Positions 23,566-37,657 of a stretch of DNA of 64,000 bases are shown piece by piece. The notes under the pieces were generated by a model. That model saw nothing but the letters and a program-made list of their open reading frames with translations. It did no database searches and had not been told where the DNA came from. This stretch comes from Chiloscyllium plagiosum (lineage: Eukaryota). The stretch spans positions 5,129,464 through 5,193,463 of the forward strand of contig NC_057757.1 of the NCBI RefSeq assembly GCF_004010195.1, given 5' to 3'. The stretch's first letter is position 1; each line of letters begins with the position of its first letter. The position numbers and the translations under genes were made by a program.

Positions 23566-25517
23566 CTGCACAGAGAACAAGAAGAAAGGTCATGGACCTC
23601 ATGCACGACAGAGAAGCCTCAAAGAGGCCATTCAGCCCTTCAATTGCTGATCTCTAACCAAGTTCTTGGTAAACAAAAATATATCAAGTTCTGATCTCCA
23701 AGTAACAACTGATCCAGAATGATCCGCTATCGGCAGAAGTGAGGTCCAACCCAGACCGACCTTTGTGTGTTGTAGGGTTTCCTAATTTCACTCCTGAAAG
23801 GTCTCTCTCTACCTCCCCTTTCTGCATCTTATTCTCTTGATCAAACATGCTAAATTCCAGGAAATGCAAGCCATGACTGTGTAACCTCTCCTCATAACTT
23901 AACTGGTGAAGTCCAGATATTATTCTGGTGAATCCACACCATACTCCTTTCAAGGCCAGTATCTCCCTCCTAAAATCTGATGCCCAGAACTCCTCATCTT
24001 GACTCCATAGAAACCATACAGTGCAGAAAGAGGACATTCAGCCCATTGGTTCTGCATCAACCCTCCAACGAGCATCCCACCAGATCCAGTGCCCACGTCC
24101 TATCTCCATTGCCTGTACTAACCCACCTAGCCTGCATACTTCTGGACAGTATGGTCAAATTAAATGGCCAATCCACCTAACCTGCACATCTGTTGGACTG
24201 TGGGAAGAAACCAGAGCACCCCCACACAGAAACAGAGCGAACATGCAAACTTCTATGCAGACAGTCCCCCAAGGGTGGAATTGATCCCTGGGTCCCTAGC
24301 ACTGTGAGGCAGCAGTGTTAACCATTGAGCCACTAAGCTGTCCCAATTATGGCCTAACAAATGTCTTGTGTTTCTGAAGCTTGACATCTAACCCCTTGTA
24401 GTCCAGTCCTTTAGATGGAAAAATCTGAAAGCTAAAACCCTTCTGGTTACATTCTGTACATCTCAGAATCATAGAATTATTGCAGGACAGAAGGAAGCCA
24501 TTTGGCCCATCATGTCTGTACTAGCTCCCTGAATGTGCAATGCACTCAGTGCTATTCTCCTGCCTCCCCCTGCACCCCCTACCTCCATGGCCCCTCCCTC
24601 GTTACTCCTTAGCAGATAGCATCGAACTCACTTGAAAGTTTTGATGCCTCTACCATGCTGTCAGGCAGCACATTGCAGGTATAGCCACTTTCTCCTCCTA
24701 TCACTTTTGTTTCTTCTGTCAATGACCTTAAATCTGTGGTCGCTGATTCTCTAACCTTTCACAGGTGGGGTCGTCCTGCCTGTCTGCTCTGTCCAGACCC
24801 CTCATAATTTTGAACGCCTCGATCAGATCTCCCGTCAGCCTCCTCCATCTGAGGAAAACAGTCCCACTTTTTTTCCAATCTATTCACAGAAATGAAGTTC
24901 CTCATCCCCGAAGCCATTCTCACGGATCTGATCTGCACTCCCTTCCCAACGTTTCTGACATTTGAATGATCTGCACGTCCAGGCCCCTGCTGTTTCTATC
25001 TTAGCCCCACAGGGATGAGATCACTGAGGCCTGCATTTGATAACAAAGAGACTATATGACAGATATTTATCATTGGCCAGAGGGTACCACGAGTTGGGGG
25101 TGGACAGATATCCTGCTTGTTTGAGGGTTGACAGCTGAGATTCCAGGAAAAAAAATCCCCAACTTTTATTTGATCAGTGCCATTGGGCTGAATTTCAGTG
25201 GAGGTAGAGGTCATGAGAATATTCCCATGGGATTGGCAAAAGGCAAACACAAAAAGGGTTTAACACCTTGGGTGAAAGATTGTCCCTCAGATAGTGCAGC
25301 ACTCCTTTAGAGGGTAGTGCCAGCCTCGATTATACATCGAAGTCTCTGGGCCCATTGGAATTCAGCTCAGTGGGGAATGCAATGGGATTCTTTGACGTCA
25401 GGTTGAACTGAGAAGAATTTGTCCATTTGGATTCTGTGGAATTGATATGACCAAGGATCAGTTTAATCCAGTTGTGTCTGAATTCCTACTAGCTAATGTG
25501 TCTTAGTCCAGGTTTAC

Positions 25518-25595
25518 CTCTTTGGTTCCTGCGAATTTGACCATGACCTTTCCCAGCAACGTGGCAAGGATGGTTGCCATGTGAACAAAGGGGCC
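25518..25595 (-). CDS. clcnk: ClC-K coding exon 5 (78 nt; GPFVHMATILATLLGKVMVKFAGTKE)
   Basis: gttcgcag acceptor, GAG|gtaaac donor; completes GKVGPFVH. Confidence 0.96.
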
Positions 25596-26747
25596 CTGCG
25601 AACAACAAGAAGCCAGTCAGTGCAATTACTGCCACTCCCAAATGATAAGGTCAAGCTTGGTACTGCATGCAAGAATGAGAATGGAGTCTTTTAACAGGAG
25701 CAGGCTGTGGTGTCGTAGCTACACATGGTTCCATCTGACTGGAAGACTCTCTACTATCCACCAGCAGCATATTGAATGGATTTATAGATCACTTGGCCAG
25801 ATTGTGACACACATTCTGTGGCCATCTAGTTCCACAGTGGAGCATCTAATCCAGAGATAGGAACACCACCCACTGCACTACATGAGAAGATGGTGCCGCA
25901 GCGGTAACATCACTAGTAATGCAGAGGTATCGGCTAAAGTTCGGGGGTGGGGGGGAGCACGGTGTCAATTCCCACCATGGCAACTGGTGGAATTTAAACT
26001 CAATTAATAAACCATCTAGAATTGAAAGTTAGCTCTCAGCAATGGTGGAGTGATCATTGCAAAACCGCTAATGCCCGTTAGGAGGGAAAATCTGCCATCC
26101 TTACCCGAGACTGGCAACAAATGCTGGGTTTGACCGTGCTGTCCAATTGTGCTTTTAAAAAGCACAAGATGTCCACTGTCAGTGCTCTGTGAAATGGTGG
26201 ATGTCTGCAGGTGGGCAGTAAAGATTCGCTATTTCCAGGTTTACTGCTCTGCAAATGGGCCCCTTACTGCTTTAACCTCCAGCAATATCGTTCTATACAC
26301 TCAAATTCATTCCCAATAAAATAGCAATTCATAGATCTTTATAGGAGTGACCTTCGAACATAATTAGACACTGAGCCACATAACAAAGTGTGGAAGAACT
26401 CTGTCTGACTTGTCAAATCCTTAGCACCTTGGCGGGTAGAGACACACTCATGGATCGCTGTGCAGCAGGATCACACTCGTAAACAGGAAATTAACGGTGA
26501 TTGGATGGATCTTTGTATCAACTGAAGGTGGTGCAGTTTAAACCATAGATAATCTCAAGGAAGCTAATCGCAATTCAGTCTTTGGCTGTAACGGAGGCTG
26601 ACTTGAAGAAACCACTAAATAAACCAATAATGGATTTGGCAGGATGACCAGGGATTTGTTTAGTCAGGTGGCATTTTGTTGTAGTGACCTATAGAAGCCA
26701 CTACTGCTCAGGTCAATCTTGCCAATTCATACTTTATAAGTACCCAC

Positions 26748-27368
26748 TGTGACGATTCTGTGGCTATTTGGAGTGTGCTTTGTCCTGGTTTCTTTAAGAG
26801 AAAGATTGGGGGACAAGTGTCAAGCAATCTATGAGAAGATAAACAATTTGCTGACGCCTTTGGGTTTTTTAAATAAGTTGGAACAATAGAAGCAGCCTGA
26901 CTGGATGTGGTCAAGCTCTCTCTGATCCAGGATTCTTCGTTTTAGCTTTCAGCTGTTTTGGGCTTGAAGAAGTGGAAATGTTTTCTCCCTCTCTTGATTA
27001 CAGCCAAAATCTGGGGATTCTCTTCCTATGCTGCTGGATTGCATGTGAGACAAAATCTGTTTTCTGACTTTGCCCAAGGGGTGTGTTTATGGGATGTTAC
27101 TATATTGGAACAGTTAATTAGTAATAGTTACTGCATCTATTACTCTGTTAAGTCTTCCATTAGCATTGTTATTCTAAGTTCTCCTTTCTTGTGTTGTATT
27201 TTAACTATAGTATTTGAATAAATTGTGTTTTGCTTAACGTCAGGTCGTTTGACCAGTCGCATTGCATCTGGAACACAGGCCCTTTACATTTGCCTTTAGA
27301 ATAGGAAAAAGTTAGGGTCTAGGCTACCTTACAATATTTTGAGGGGGTCTGGTCTGGCCTGGCCCATA
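26748..27368 (+). mobile_element. Probable solo LTR (second partial copy at about 32498-32920)
   Basis: Starts tgtga; AATAAA near 27217; the two dispersed copies align; no coding content. Confidence 0.45.
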
Positions 27369-28196
27369 AGTGGGGGCATGGTGGTTCAGTGGTTAGCACT
27401 GCTGCCTCACAGCACCAGGGTCCCAAGTTTGATTCCAGGCTCGGGCAACTGTCTATGTGGAGTTTGCACATTCTCCCCGTGTCTGCGTGGGTTTCATCTG
27501 GGTGCTCCGGTTTCCTCCCACAGTCCAAAGATGTGCAGGTCAGGAGAATTGGCCATGCTAAGTTGCCCATAGTGTTAGGTGCATTAGTCAGAGATAAATG
27601 GGGCTGGGTGGGTTACTCTTCAGAGTGTTAGTGTGGACTTGTTTGGCCGAAGGGCCTGTTTACACACTGTAGGGAATCTAATCATAATACCACAAAGGTT
27701 AATTGGCCTGTCAGTAGTGGGTGTTGGGAAACTGTGAGCAGTAATCCTGAAAGATCTCTGCTGGAAACTCTGATGGTAAATGGTTAGGTGGTGCCCAGCA
27801 GAAATCAGAATCCAACATTGTTGGGCAGAAGAAACTCAGCTGGTACCATCAAACCTGGTCCGTGCTTCAAGAATGAGACTATAAATGTCCTTTGTGCTCC
27901 CCATGCACTAAGTCCCTGGTAGTCCTGGAACGCAGATGATAGCTCATCTCTTCTGGCAACTGAACCTAATTACAGGGATCATTTCAACTGAGCGTTAATG
28001 AGCATGGTGACACTTCCCTATAGTGTGTTCCCTCCCCCATTTAGGAGCCATCCACTTCGCCCTTGAAGACAAAAACTTGGCAGAAGGGATGTAATGTGGG
28101 GAAAATTTGAGCTTATGCACTTTTCCAGTAAAAACAAGGGGGCTGCATATTATTTCAATGGAGAAAGACTGCAGGAAGCTGCAGCACTGAAGGATT

Positions 28197-28878
28197 TGTG
28201 AGTCTGGACCCCTCTAGACGGGCCTCTTGGTTCGAGATCAGTCAAAAGAATCACTAGGAGTACAGTCTGTTTAAAGCAAGGTTACCAGTTTAATAAATTA
28301 AGGCAGCGGGCGCTGATTTGACCAGCAGCACGGAGGTTAAAAACCTCTATGTTCAGTGGAGAAATGGTGCAATTACATTCGAAAATTACACATTATTTAT
28401 ATGTTTTTTAAGAGATAGTACAGCCTCAATTACAAGAAAAGACCAATCACATATAATAAGGTGACATGATTTACAGCAGGTTAATCCAATGATATTTTCT
28501 GGGAAAGGGTTCTTAATTACAAGAAAAGTCTAATCAACTGTAATAAGGTGATGTGATTGACAACAGGCTAATCCAATGATATTCCCTGGGAAAGGGTTCT
28601 TAATTATGTAAGTCGTCATGTCATGGTAGCAGTTCGAGGTTGGTTCGAATACCAAATTACTGTCTTATAATTCATATTATGAAAAATCCATTGTATTCTC
28701 TTACCATCCATTTACCTTAACCCAGCAAAACAGCAGCACAAGTTTATAGAGTCAAATCATTACTTTCAGCCACTTTGTTGTGGTATTTTAAATTGAAAAA
28801 CCATTTTGTGGTTAATAAAAATCTACATATACTTGTTGCTTCTGACAGCAACCTAAATTCAAATTTTAGATCCTCACT
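28197..28878 (-). mobile_element. Probable solo LTR interrupting a CR1 fragment
   Basis: tgtgag...ctcac ends; CR1 sequence resumes on both sides; internal 87-bp tandem duplication (28428-28514 / 28515-28601) with CCAAT motifs. Confidence 0.5.
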
Positions 28879-30499
28879 CATGAATGAATCACAAAAAGGT
28901 TACAGGGAGTAAGGAAGTAGCTTTCATTTCAAAGGGAAGAGAGTATTAAAAGTAGGAAGCCTTGCTAAAAACTGTACAAGGCACTAGTCAGACCATACCT
29001 AGAATACTGTGAACAGCTTTGGACCGCTTATCTAAGGAAAAATAGACTGACATTGGAGGCAATACACATAAGCCTCATTAGGTTGATGCGTTGTTTTATG
29101 AGGAGAGGTTGAGTAGGTCGGGCCTGTAGAAGAATGAGAATGTACAAGATTCTGAGGAGACTTGATGGGGTAGATGAGGACGGGTTGTTTTGCCTTGTGG
29201 GAGAGTGTAAGACAAGAGGGCACAATCTCAGAGTAAGCAATCACCTATTTCGAGCAGAGAGGAAGGGGATTTGCTTTGGCCAGATGGTACTGAATCCACC
29301 TCAAATGGCTATAGAAGCTGGAGTGGGTGTATAGTCAAGACTGAGATAGACAGATTTTTAATCAGGAAGGGAATCAAGGATTGTGGGAAAAGGCAGGAAA
29401 GTGGAGTAGAAGATTATCAGATTTCAGCAATGATCTCACCGATAAGCTGAATGGCCCATTTCCATTCCTATGTCTTATAACATTGAATTAATACCAACCA
29501 AATCAGCTGTCAACACATTCTCAAGGCTCATTACTCTCTCAGCCTATTTCTTCTTCTCGTGCCTGTTCCTTATAGGATGTAGGCATCACTGGCTAAGCCA
29601 GCATTGGTTGTCCATCTGTAATTGTGCTCGAGAAGGTGGCGGTGAGCTGCTTTCTTGAACTGCTGCAGTCTATGAGCTGGAGGTCCACAACAGTGCAGGA
29701 GGGAATTTGATCCAATGACTCTGAAGGAATGCCAAAAAGTCTGGATGCTGAGTGGCTTAGGGAAGAACTTGCAGGGGATGGTGTTCCCATGTATCCACTG
29801 CTCTTGTTGTTCCAGGTGGTAGAGGGTTTGGAAGGCGGCGAGAGGAGCCTAGATGAGTTTTGACAGTGTACATTGAAGATGGTACACACTGAGCATCAAG
29901 GGCGGAGAGGGTGATTGTTTAAAATGGTGGACGGGTGCCAATTAATAGTGCTACTTTATCTTGGATGGAATGGAGCTTCTTAAATGTTTTTGTAACTACA
30001 CTCATCCAAATAGATGGACAGTGTTCCATCACACTCCTGACCTTTTCCATCTCGATGGTGGGCAAGATCTGGGGAGTCAGGAAATGAGTTATTCAGCACA
30101 GAATTCCTGACCTGTTCTTGGAGCCTATGTGGACCAGTTAAGTTTCTAGTGCATAATAATGAGTGCATGATGAACATTAACAACATGGGTTGATCTCAGT
30201 AAGATAGAGGAATGGCCACAACATCACAAACCACCCCTTCCAACGATGCAAGGACAACTCATACCAGCCATCACTGTTAATTCAATCCCAAGCCAATTAA
30301 TGAAACATGAAATGAGAGACAAACACATTTTTTGATAATAGTTTCATTTGTGAAAACGCAGCAGTTTTCTGGCTACTATCCTCCCATTTTCCAGCAGTCT
30401 CTCTTTGTGGGTTCTCCAGGTACCCGATTAAGCAATGCCCTTCACCACTGTATCTTAGCAATGAAATTAACATGCCATTGATATGCAGTGCCCACTTAC

Positions 30500-30639
30500 C
30501 ACTTTGCCTAGGAAAATGGTACTTCCAGCTGCCAGGGTGCAGATGACGCCAATGAGTTTGGCTACAAAGGTCCTGAAGGTAAAGAACTCATCCAGCACCA
30601 CGCCTCGCAAGGTCACCTTCAACTCTGGAATGCCAGACC
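30500..30639 (-). CDS. clcnk: ClC-K coding exon 4 (140 nt; GSGIPELK...GSTIFLGKV)
   Basis: Selectivity-filter GSGIPE and ClC-K-specific GKV. The 140-nt size is typical of CLCNK (CLCN1 has 134, recalled). Donor GTG|gtaagt. Confidence 0.97.
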
Positions 30640-31759
30640 CTGGCACAAGAACAGGAACCAAAAACAAATACCAGGACCACAGAAAAAACTGCATTGACAC
30701 TATGTACAAAACAGTCAGTTATCTTGATACATATCTGAATGAGGTGAGCAAAGTATATTCTGACATGTATTGGAATTTCAACCTGTGCATTCATTTAGTG
30801 TTAAGCTTTTTTTTAAGCTGAAATAACAGACGACAGATTATATTAGGAGCCGTTATATCAAAGGTATCATGGATTATTGGGTCACACTTTAAGACTAAAC
30901 TAGATAGAGCTATCAGGAAAGACTGAAAGGGCAAGGCTTGAGCCTATCAATGCTGGAGAAAGAACAAAGAACAAAGAAAATTTACAACCCAGGAACAGGC
31001 CCTTTAGCTCTTCAAGCTTGAGCCAATCCAAATCCACTGTCTAAACCTGTTGCCCAATTCCTAAGCATCTGTATCCCTCTGCTCCCCACCTACTCACGCA
31101 TCTGTTCAGACACCCCTTAAATGAATCTACCGTGCCTGCCTCTACTACCTCTGCCTGCCTCTACTACCTCTGCTGGCAACGCATTCTAGGTACCTACTAC
31201 CCTCTGTGTAAAGTACTTGCCGCGTATATCCTTCTTAAACCTTTTACCTCTCACCTTGAATGTGTGACCTCTCATTATTGAATCCCTCACCCTGGGAAAA
31301 AGCTTATCTTGATCTAGTTAAAAATCACACAACACCAGGTTATAGTCCAACAGGTTTAATTGGAAGCACACTCGCTTCCAATCAGGTGATAGTGGAGGAC
31401 ACAATTGTAAGGCACAGAGTTTATAGCAAAAATTTACAGTGTGATGTAACTTAAATTATACATTGAAAAATACCTTGATTGTCTGTTGAGTCTTTCATCT
31501 GTTAGAATACAGTGATAGTTTCACTTCTTTCATATGTAAATCACAAAACCTTTTTTTTAAAAGTTGCATTCTCAGGTTAGCTGTAACAATTGGTGTTAGC
31601 TCTATCTCTATCTACCCTGTCTATACCCTTCATGATTTTGTAGACCTCAATTTTGCAAAAGGAGGATGTCTCAGAGATGCCAAGAGAGGTTTTGATGTAG
31701 AGGGTTGGGTGGAGGCTGTTGTTGTGTACAAATGCCAGCAATTTTAAAATTTCTTGCAT

Positions 31760-32495
31760 GGTATGTGGGCATTGCTGGGAAGACCAACATTAGTTTCCTA
31801 TTTGTAATTGTCCTCGAGTAGGTGATGGTCTGCTTTTTTCCTGAACCACTGCAGTCTGTGGAACACCCATCATACTGTTTGAAAGGAGCTCCAGGATTTT
31901 GACCTAACAACACTGAATGGATGGCAATATATTTCAAAGTCAGGACGGCGAGTGGCTTGGAAGGGAACCTGCAGGTGGTGATGTTCCCATGCATCTACTG
32001 GCCTTATTCTTCGAGATGGAAGAGGTCACAGGTTTGGAAAATGCAGTCAAAGGACTTTGGTGAATCTCTGCACTGCATGTTGTAAATGGTACACGCTGCT
32101 GAGATTTGGTAGTGCAGGGCATGAATGCTGAAGATGCTGGATGGAGTGCTAATCACTGCTTAGTCCTAGATGGTGTCAAGTGTCCTGAGTGTCGTTGGAG
32201 CTGCACCCATCCAGGCAAGTGGGGAGTATTCCATCACACGCCTGACCTGTATCTTGTAGATGAATACAGGCTTTGGGCAGTCAGGAGGTAAGTTACCCCA
32301 ACAGTACTCTTGGTTTCTGACCTGTTCTTGTAGACACAATGTGTACATGGACCACATCAGTTTCTGGTCAATGCTAAACCCATGATGTTGATAGTGAGAT
32401 ACTTAGTGATGGTAATGCTGTTGAATATCAAAGGAAATGGTTAGACTCTTTCTTGTTGAAGATGGTCATTTCCTGGCATTTGTGCAGCATGTATG
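31760..32495 (-). mobile_element. Ancient L2/CR1-group LINE 3' remnant (related pieces at about 7060-7370, 11870-12550, 29590-30160, 63030-63320)
   Basis: IYKIQVRRVMEYSPLAWMGAAPTTL RT C-terminal motif. Confidence 0.6.
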
Positions 32496-33429
32496 TTGTG
32501 ATGATGCTATGGCTTTCAGAGATGTGTTTTGTCCTGGTTTCCTTTAGAGAGAGATTGAGGGACAGGTACCAAGCAGTCTATAAGAAGATAAACAACTTGT
32601 GAGGCCTTGGTGTATTTTTTTAAAGTTCGAATAGTAGAAGCAGCCTGATTGGGTGCAGTCAAGCTCTCACAGATCCAGGAAGTTTTGGTTTAGCTTTCAG
32701 TTGTTGTTGCTGTAGTCTCAGCAGGTTTGGAAGGCAGTGAATCCCTCCCAGCTACTACACTCTCTCTCCCAGAATTGTCTTTCAATATTCTTTCCTCCTG
32801 GTTTGGAGAACTGCATGTGAGGCAATCTGTTTCTGAATTTGTCTTTTTGCCAAGAGTGTGTTTATCTGATATTTCTATATTGGAACAGCTACTGCTCAGT
32901 AGTTAAATAATCTAACTACTCAGCCACTGTGCCACCCACTAGTTGCTAGGTACTCGTCTGGGACTTTGTGATGATTATCATTGCCTTGATCCTGGTGACT
33001 CCAAATGTTTAGTTTGAGTCTCTACTGAGGGACTTGACCATTTTTTTGGGGGGGAAGCCCTACTCTAGTGTTACGGTACAAATGATGTATATACTTATTG
33101 AAAAAAGTTTTCACTCTTTTACAAAAAAAACCAAAAGAAGTTATAAAAGTTCAGTAAGGTAGAAATAATATTGTACTATTGTATTATATTACAGTAACCT
33201 TGACAATAAACTGCCTACTATTCTTCAAGATACACTCGTCTCATATTTACTTAACTTAACCAAATTAGCATAAACTCAAATTAAATAAAATAACATTAAA
33301 TTAAATTAAACCCACTAAAATTAAAATTGTACTATATTACATTACTCCACTCGCCACACCTCCACCAAGGCTCCCATCCACAGGAACAACAGTGATTATA
33401 CCCGTATTTACTAGGCTTCCCCCCCCCCC

Positions 33430-33890
33430 CCCCCCCACCCTGTGGTCCTTTGTTCCACCACCTCCATGTGCTGATCCAAAGCCCGGATCTCCTGCTCATG
33501 TTTTGCCAGCGTGGCAGCAATTGGTTCCAGCGCTCCCTCGATTTAGTCACGGAGTTTTGCAAACTCCGTTAGTAAATGCTGTTGCTCCCCTGAACTTAAT
33601 GGCGCAGCCATGGGAGTTGAGGTCAAGGCTGTGGGTGTACCTGACATAGTAATAGAGCACCCTGCCTGCTGTGTTCCCTTTGCTCCCCTTCCCTCGGATG
33701 TTTTCATTTCAGCTCCAGATCTGTCAAATCTTAATTTAAAAGGACTCTAGGCATTCTCTCTATTTTACATTACAAACTTTCCTCTTGGGTGGGAGGAGCT
33801 AATGGGGGTGAGGTAAGAGCCCACCTTGCCTGGGGTTTGGCACAGAGCCCAACACTGCAGACTGTTCAGAGTGCCGCCATCTTGAATCTC
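33430..33890 (-). mobile_element. L1/Tx1-like LINE 5' end with degenerate ORF1 coiled coil
   Basis: Begins GGAGATTCAAGATGGCGGC; frameshifted IEGALEPIAATLAKHEQEIRALDQHMEVVEQR. Confidence 0.45.
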
Positions 33891-34625
33891 CCACAAATGA
33901 TGATGTTGATCATGACAATTATCATTGACTGTTGTTTAAAAAATAAACCCATCTGGTTCACTGATGCCCTTTTGAAAAGGAAATCTGTCATCCTTACCCA
34001 CCCATGCCACAGGAAAGAATGAATCAATATCTCTGCTTGGATGGTTCTAAAAGATGCAACCAATGTTTTGGCCAATATTTGTCCCTCAATCAAGCACTTA
34101 TCACACTGCTGTATGCCAATTGGCTGCTATGCTCCCACACTGCTGCTGTGACTGTCCTTCGAGAAGTGTGTAATTAGCTGTAAAACCCTCTGATGTGTCT
34201 TATGGTCCTGAGAGGCACCACATAAATTCAGACCTTTCTTTAATCTTTCGGCAAAGGGTGGCCCCGGCTTCTTGTACGTTCATCTGCAATGACACTGACT
34301 GGTCCGCTGTTTAATGTCTCAGCCAGAAGACAGCACCTCATCAGGCACAGGGAGTGACAGTCCTATTTGCTAACCCTTTGACTCAGAGCTGACAGTACAC
34401 GTGGCTGCGGAGCTTGAGAAGTCTAGCTCAGCAAAGCGCACTTCCACACTGACCCCACTCATGGACCCTCAGCCCCTCTGCACCCCTTCAAGGGGATGAA
34501 CCCCTCAAATAATCCAAGTCTTTTCCTATTTGATAAACTCAAAAACTCCCAAAGGGCGATCATATGGATGACTCACGTGTGCCACTCGATGTGCAGGGGC
34601 ATGGATGGTGGCAGAGAGTACGTAC

Positions 34626-34754
34626 CTGCGGCCTGTGGTGAGATGTACTTGGCCACTCCGGCGGACACCATGGTGAGAATGACGTGATAAAGCACCCAGG
34701 AGAAGTACTGCAGGTACCGATAATTTTCCAGTGTGTCATAGACCCACAGGTTGG
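34626..34754 (-). CDS. clcnk: ClC-K coding exon 3 (129 nt; ANLWVYDTLE...YISPQAA)
   Basis: gtgtcag acceptor, CAG|gtacg donor, phase 1-1; ISPQA precedes GSGIP. Confidence 0.95.
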
Positions 34755-35907
34755 CTGACACAGGGAAAAGAAGAAGGAGGCAGTGAAAATTGACAACTAA
34801 TTTTACAAGAAGTTGTTCCTGTTAACGATAACCATCAATTGCTCACCAGATCCGATTACCTCTGTGGGCTAGTTTATCTCGAACTGTAAAGCACATTATC
34901 AATGATGAGGTAGACATTACAGCAACAACTGACTAGTGTGTGCAGTCTACAGATCCACAGCAGTCTAACTGGCAGACAGAGTCACAACAATGTGTACAGA
35001 TTGCATGTGGAATCCTTACAGGTAAACTCTCTTAAACAGAATACAACAACAATGAAATCTGTCTGCAGATAGAGGCTTCCCCAGCCATCTACTGCTTGTA
35101 AATTAGGCCAGGTTTTTATTACCTCATCTGACAATCACACAGTGGCTCAGTGGTTAGCATTACTGCCTCACAGCACCAGAGACCTGGGTTTGATTCCAGC
35201 CTCAGGTGACTGTCTGTGTGGGTTTCCTAGGGGTGCTCTGGTTTCCTCCCACAATCCAAAGATGTGCAGGTCAGGTGAATTGACTATGCTAAATTGCCCA
35301 TAGAGTTAGGTACATTAGTCAGGGGTAAGTGTAGGAGAATGGGTCAGGGTGAGTTACTCTTTGGAGGGTTGGTGTGGACTTGTTGGCTGAAGGACCATTT
35401 CCATACTGCAGGGGAATCTAATCTATCAATCGTGTCATATCATATTTCCCAATCCATAGTTATTGAGATTTTACTGAAGAGAAAGGGGTCCCTTGATCCA
35501 TTGTGTTCACCGTTGGTCATCAAACACCCATCTATTCTAATTCCATTTTCCAGCAGTTAGCCCATGGCCAAGTTTGCTACGGTGCTTATCCAAAAAGTTC
35601 TGAAATGTCTTGAGGATTTCTGCCTCTATCACTCTTTAGGTAGTGAGTTCCAGACAATACCACCACCCTCTGGGTGAATGTTGTTTTCTTAAAATCGCCT
35701 CTAAACCTCCTGCTCCTCCCCTTAAAGGATATTACCTGAACCCTAGCCCTATCAGAATCTCAGGACAGACTCGATGGGCGGAGCGACCTAATTCTGCTCC
35801 TATATTTTATGGTATTAAAACAGTGTCTCCTCGCCACTGATCTCTATACTAAGGGGAAGTGTTTCTCCTTATCTATCCTGTCCATGCCTCTCAGAACTTT
35901 ATACATC

Positions 35908-36452
35908 ATGTTGAGGTTGTACAGGACATTGGAGTACTGTGCCCAGTTCTGGTCTCCCTGTTATTTGAAGGATTAAAAGGAAAGAGTTCAGCAAAGATTT
36001 CCCAGATATTGCCAGGAATGGAGGGTTTGAGTTATAAGGAGAGGCTGGATAGGCTGGGACTTTTTTGACTGGAGCATAGGAGGTTGAGGAGTGACCATAC
36101 AGAGGTTTATAAAATCATGAGGGGTATAGATAAGGTCTTTTCCCTAAGGTGGGGGAGTTCAAAACTAGGGGGTATATTTTTAAAGTGAGAGGAGAAAGAT
36201 TTAAAAAGGGCATGGGGGCAACTTTTTTACGCAGAGAGTGGTTAATGTGTGGAATGAACCACCAGAGAAAGTGGTGGATGTGGGTACAGTTACAGTGTTT
36301 AAAAGACTTGAGGATAGTGCATGAATAGGAGAGGTTTAGAGGGATATGGGCCAAGTGCAGGCGGGTGGGACTAGTTTAGTTTGGGAACATGGTTGGTGTA
36401 GACTAGTCAGACCAAAATGTCTGTTTCTACGCTGTATGAATCTATGACTCTG
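35908..36452 (+). mobile_element. CR1 3' fragment
   Basis: LPGMEGLSYKERLDRLGLF and CR1 3' UTR. Confidence 0.8.
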
Positions 36453-36944
36453 TGATCTCAATAGATCCCTCTCAGCCTTCTCTGCTCTAAGGAAAACAAC
36501 CCCAGTCTACCTAGTCACTCTTCATAGCTGAATCGCTCCACTCCAGCCTACATCCTGGTGAATCTCTTCTACACTCACTCTAATGTGATCACATCCTTCC
36601 TATAGTGGGGTGACCAGAACTGCATATAGTACTCCAGCTGTGGCCTAACTAACAGCTCCATCATTATCTCATTGCTCTTGTCATAGAGTCATAGAGATGT
36701 ACAGCACAGAAACAAACCTTTCGGTCCAACCCATCCAATGCTGACCAGATATACTAAATTAATCTACTCCCATTTGCCAGCATTTGGTCCATATCTCTCT
36801 AAACCCTTCCCATTCATGTACCCATTCAGATGCCTTTTAAATGTTAAAATTGCACCAGCCTCATTCACTTCCTCTGGCAGCTCAGTTCATACATGCACCA
36901 CCCTCTGTGTGATAAAGTTGTCCCTTAGGTCCTTTCAGAAGATT

Positions 36945-37657
36945 TGTAGCTCAGGTTGAGGTTCTGGATGTAGGTTTGCTCACTGATCTGGAAGGTTCAT
37001 TTCCAGATGTTTCATCACCCTACTAGTTAACGTCTTCAGTGAGCCTCCAGGCGAAGCACTGCTGCTGATTCCTGCTTTCTATTTATATGTTTGGGTTTCT
37101 TTGGGTTGGTGATGTCATTTCCTGTGGTGATGTGATTTCCTGTTTTTTTCTCAAAGGGTGGTAAATGGGGTCTAACTCAATGTGTTTGTTGATAGAGTTC
37201 CGGTTGAAATGCTATACTTCTAGGAATTCTCATGCATGTCTCTGTTTGGCTTGTCCTAGGATGGATGTGTTGTCTCAGTTGAAGTGGTGTCCTTCCTTAT
37301 CTGTATATAAGGGTACTAGTGAGAGAGGGTCATGTTGTTGTGTGGCTAGTTGATGTTCATGCATCCTGGTGGCTCGTTTTCTGCCTGTTTGTCCAATGTA
37401 GTGTTTGTTACAGTTCTTGCATGGTATTTTGTAAATTACATTAGTTTTGCTTGTTGTCTGTATAGGGTCTTTCAAGTTCATTAGCTGCTTTTAGTGTGTT
37501 GGTGGGTTTGTGGACTACCATGATGCCAAGGGGCCTGAGTGCAGAAATCATCAGCAGTGCTTCGCCTGGAGGCCCACTGAAGATGTTACCTACTATGGTC
37601 ACAAAATGTCTGGAAACGAACCTTCCAGCTCAGCGAGAAAACCTACACCCAGAACCT
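36945..37657 (-). mobile_element. Penelope-like element (second family) with GIY-YIG fragment and inverted terminal segments, inserted in a CR1 remnant
   Basis: NVIYKIPC..C.KHYIGQTGR...HEH at 37275-37481 (-). About 36957-37075 is inverted relative to about 37541-37657. CUGAAGA...GAAA motif present. Confidence 0.85.
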
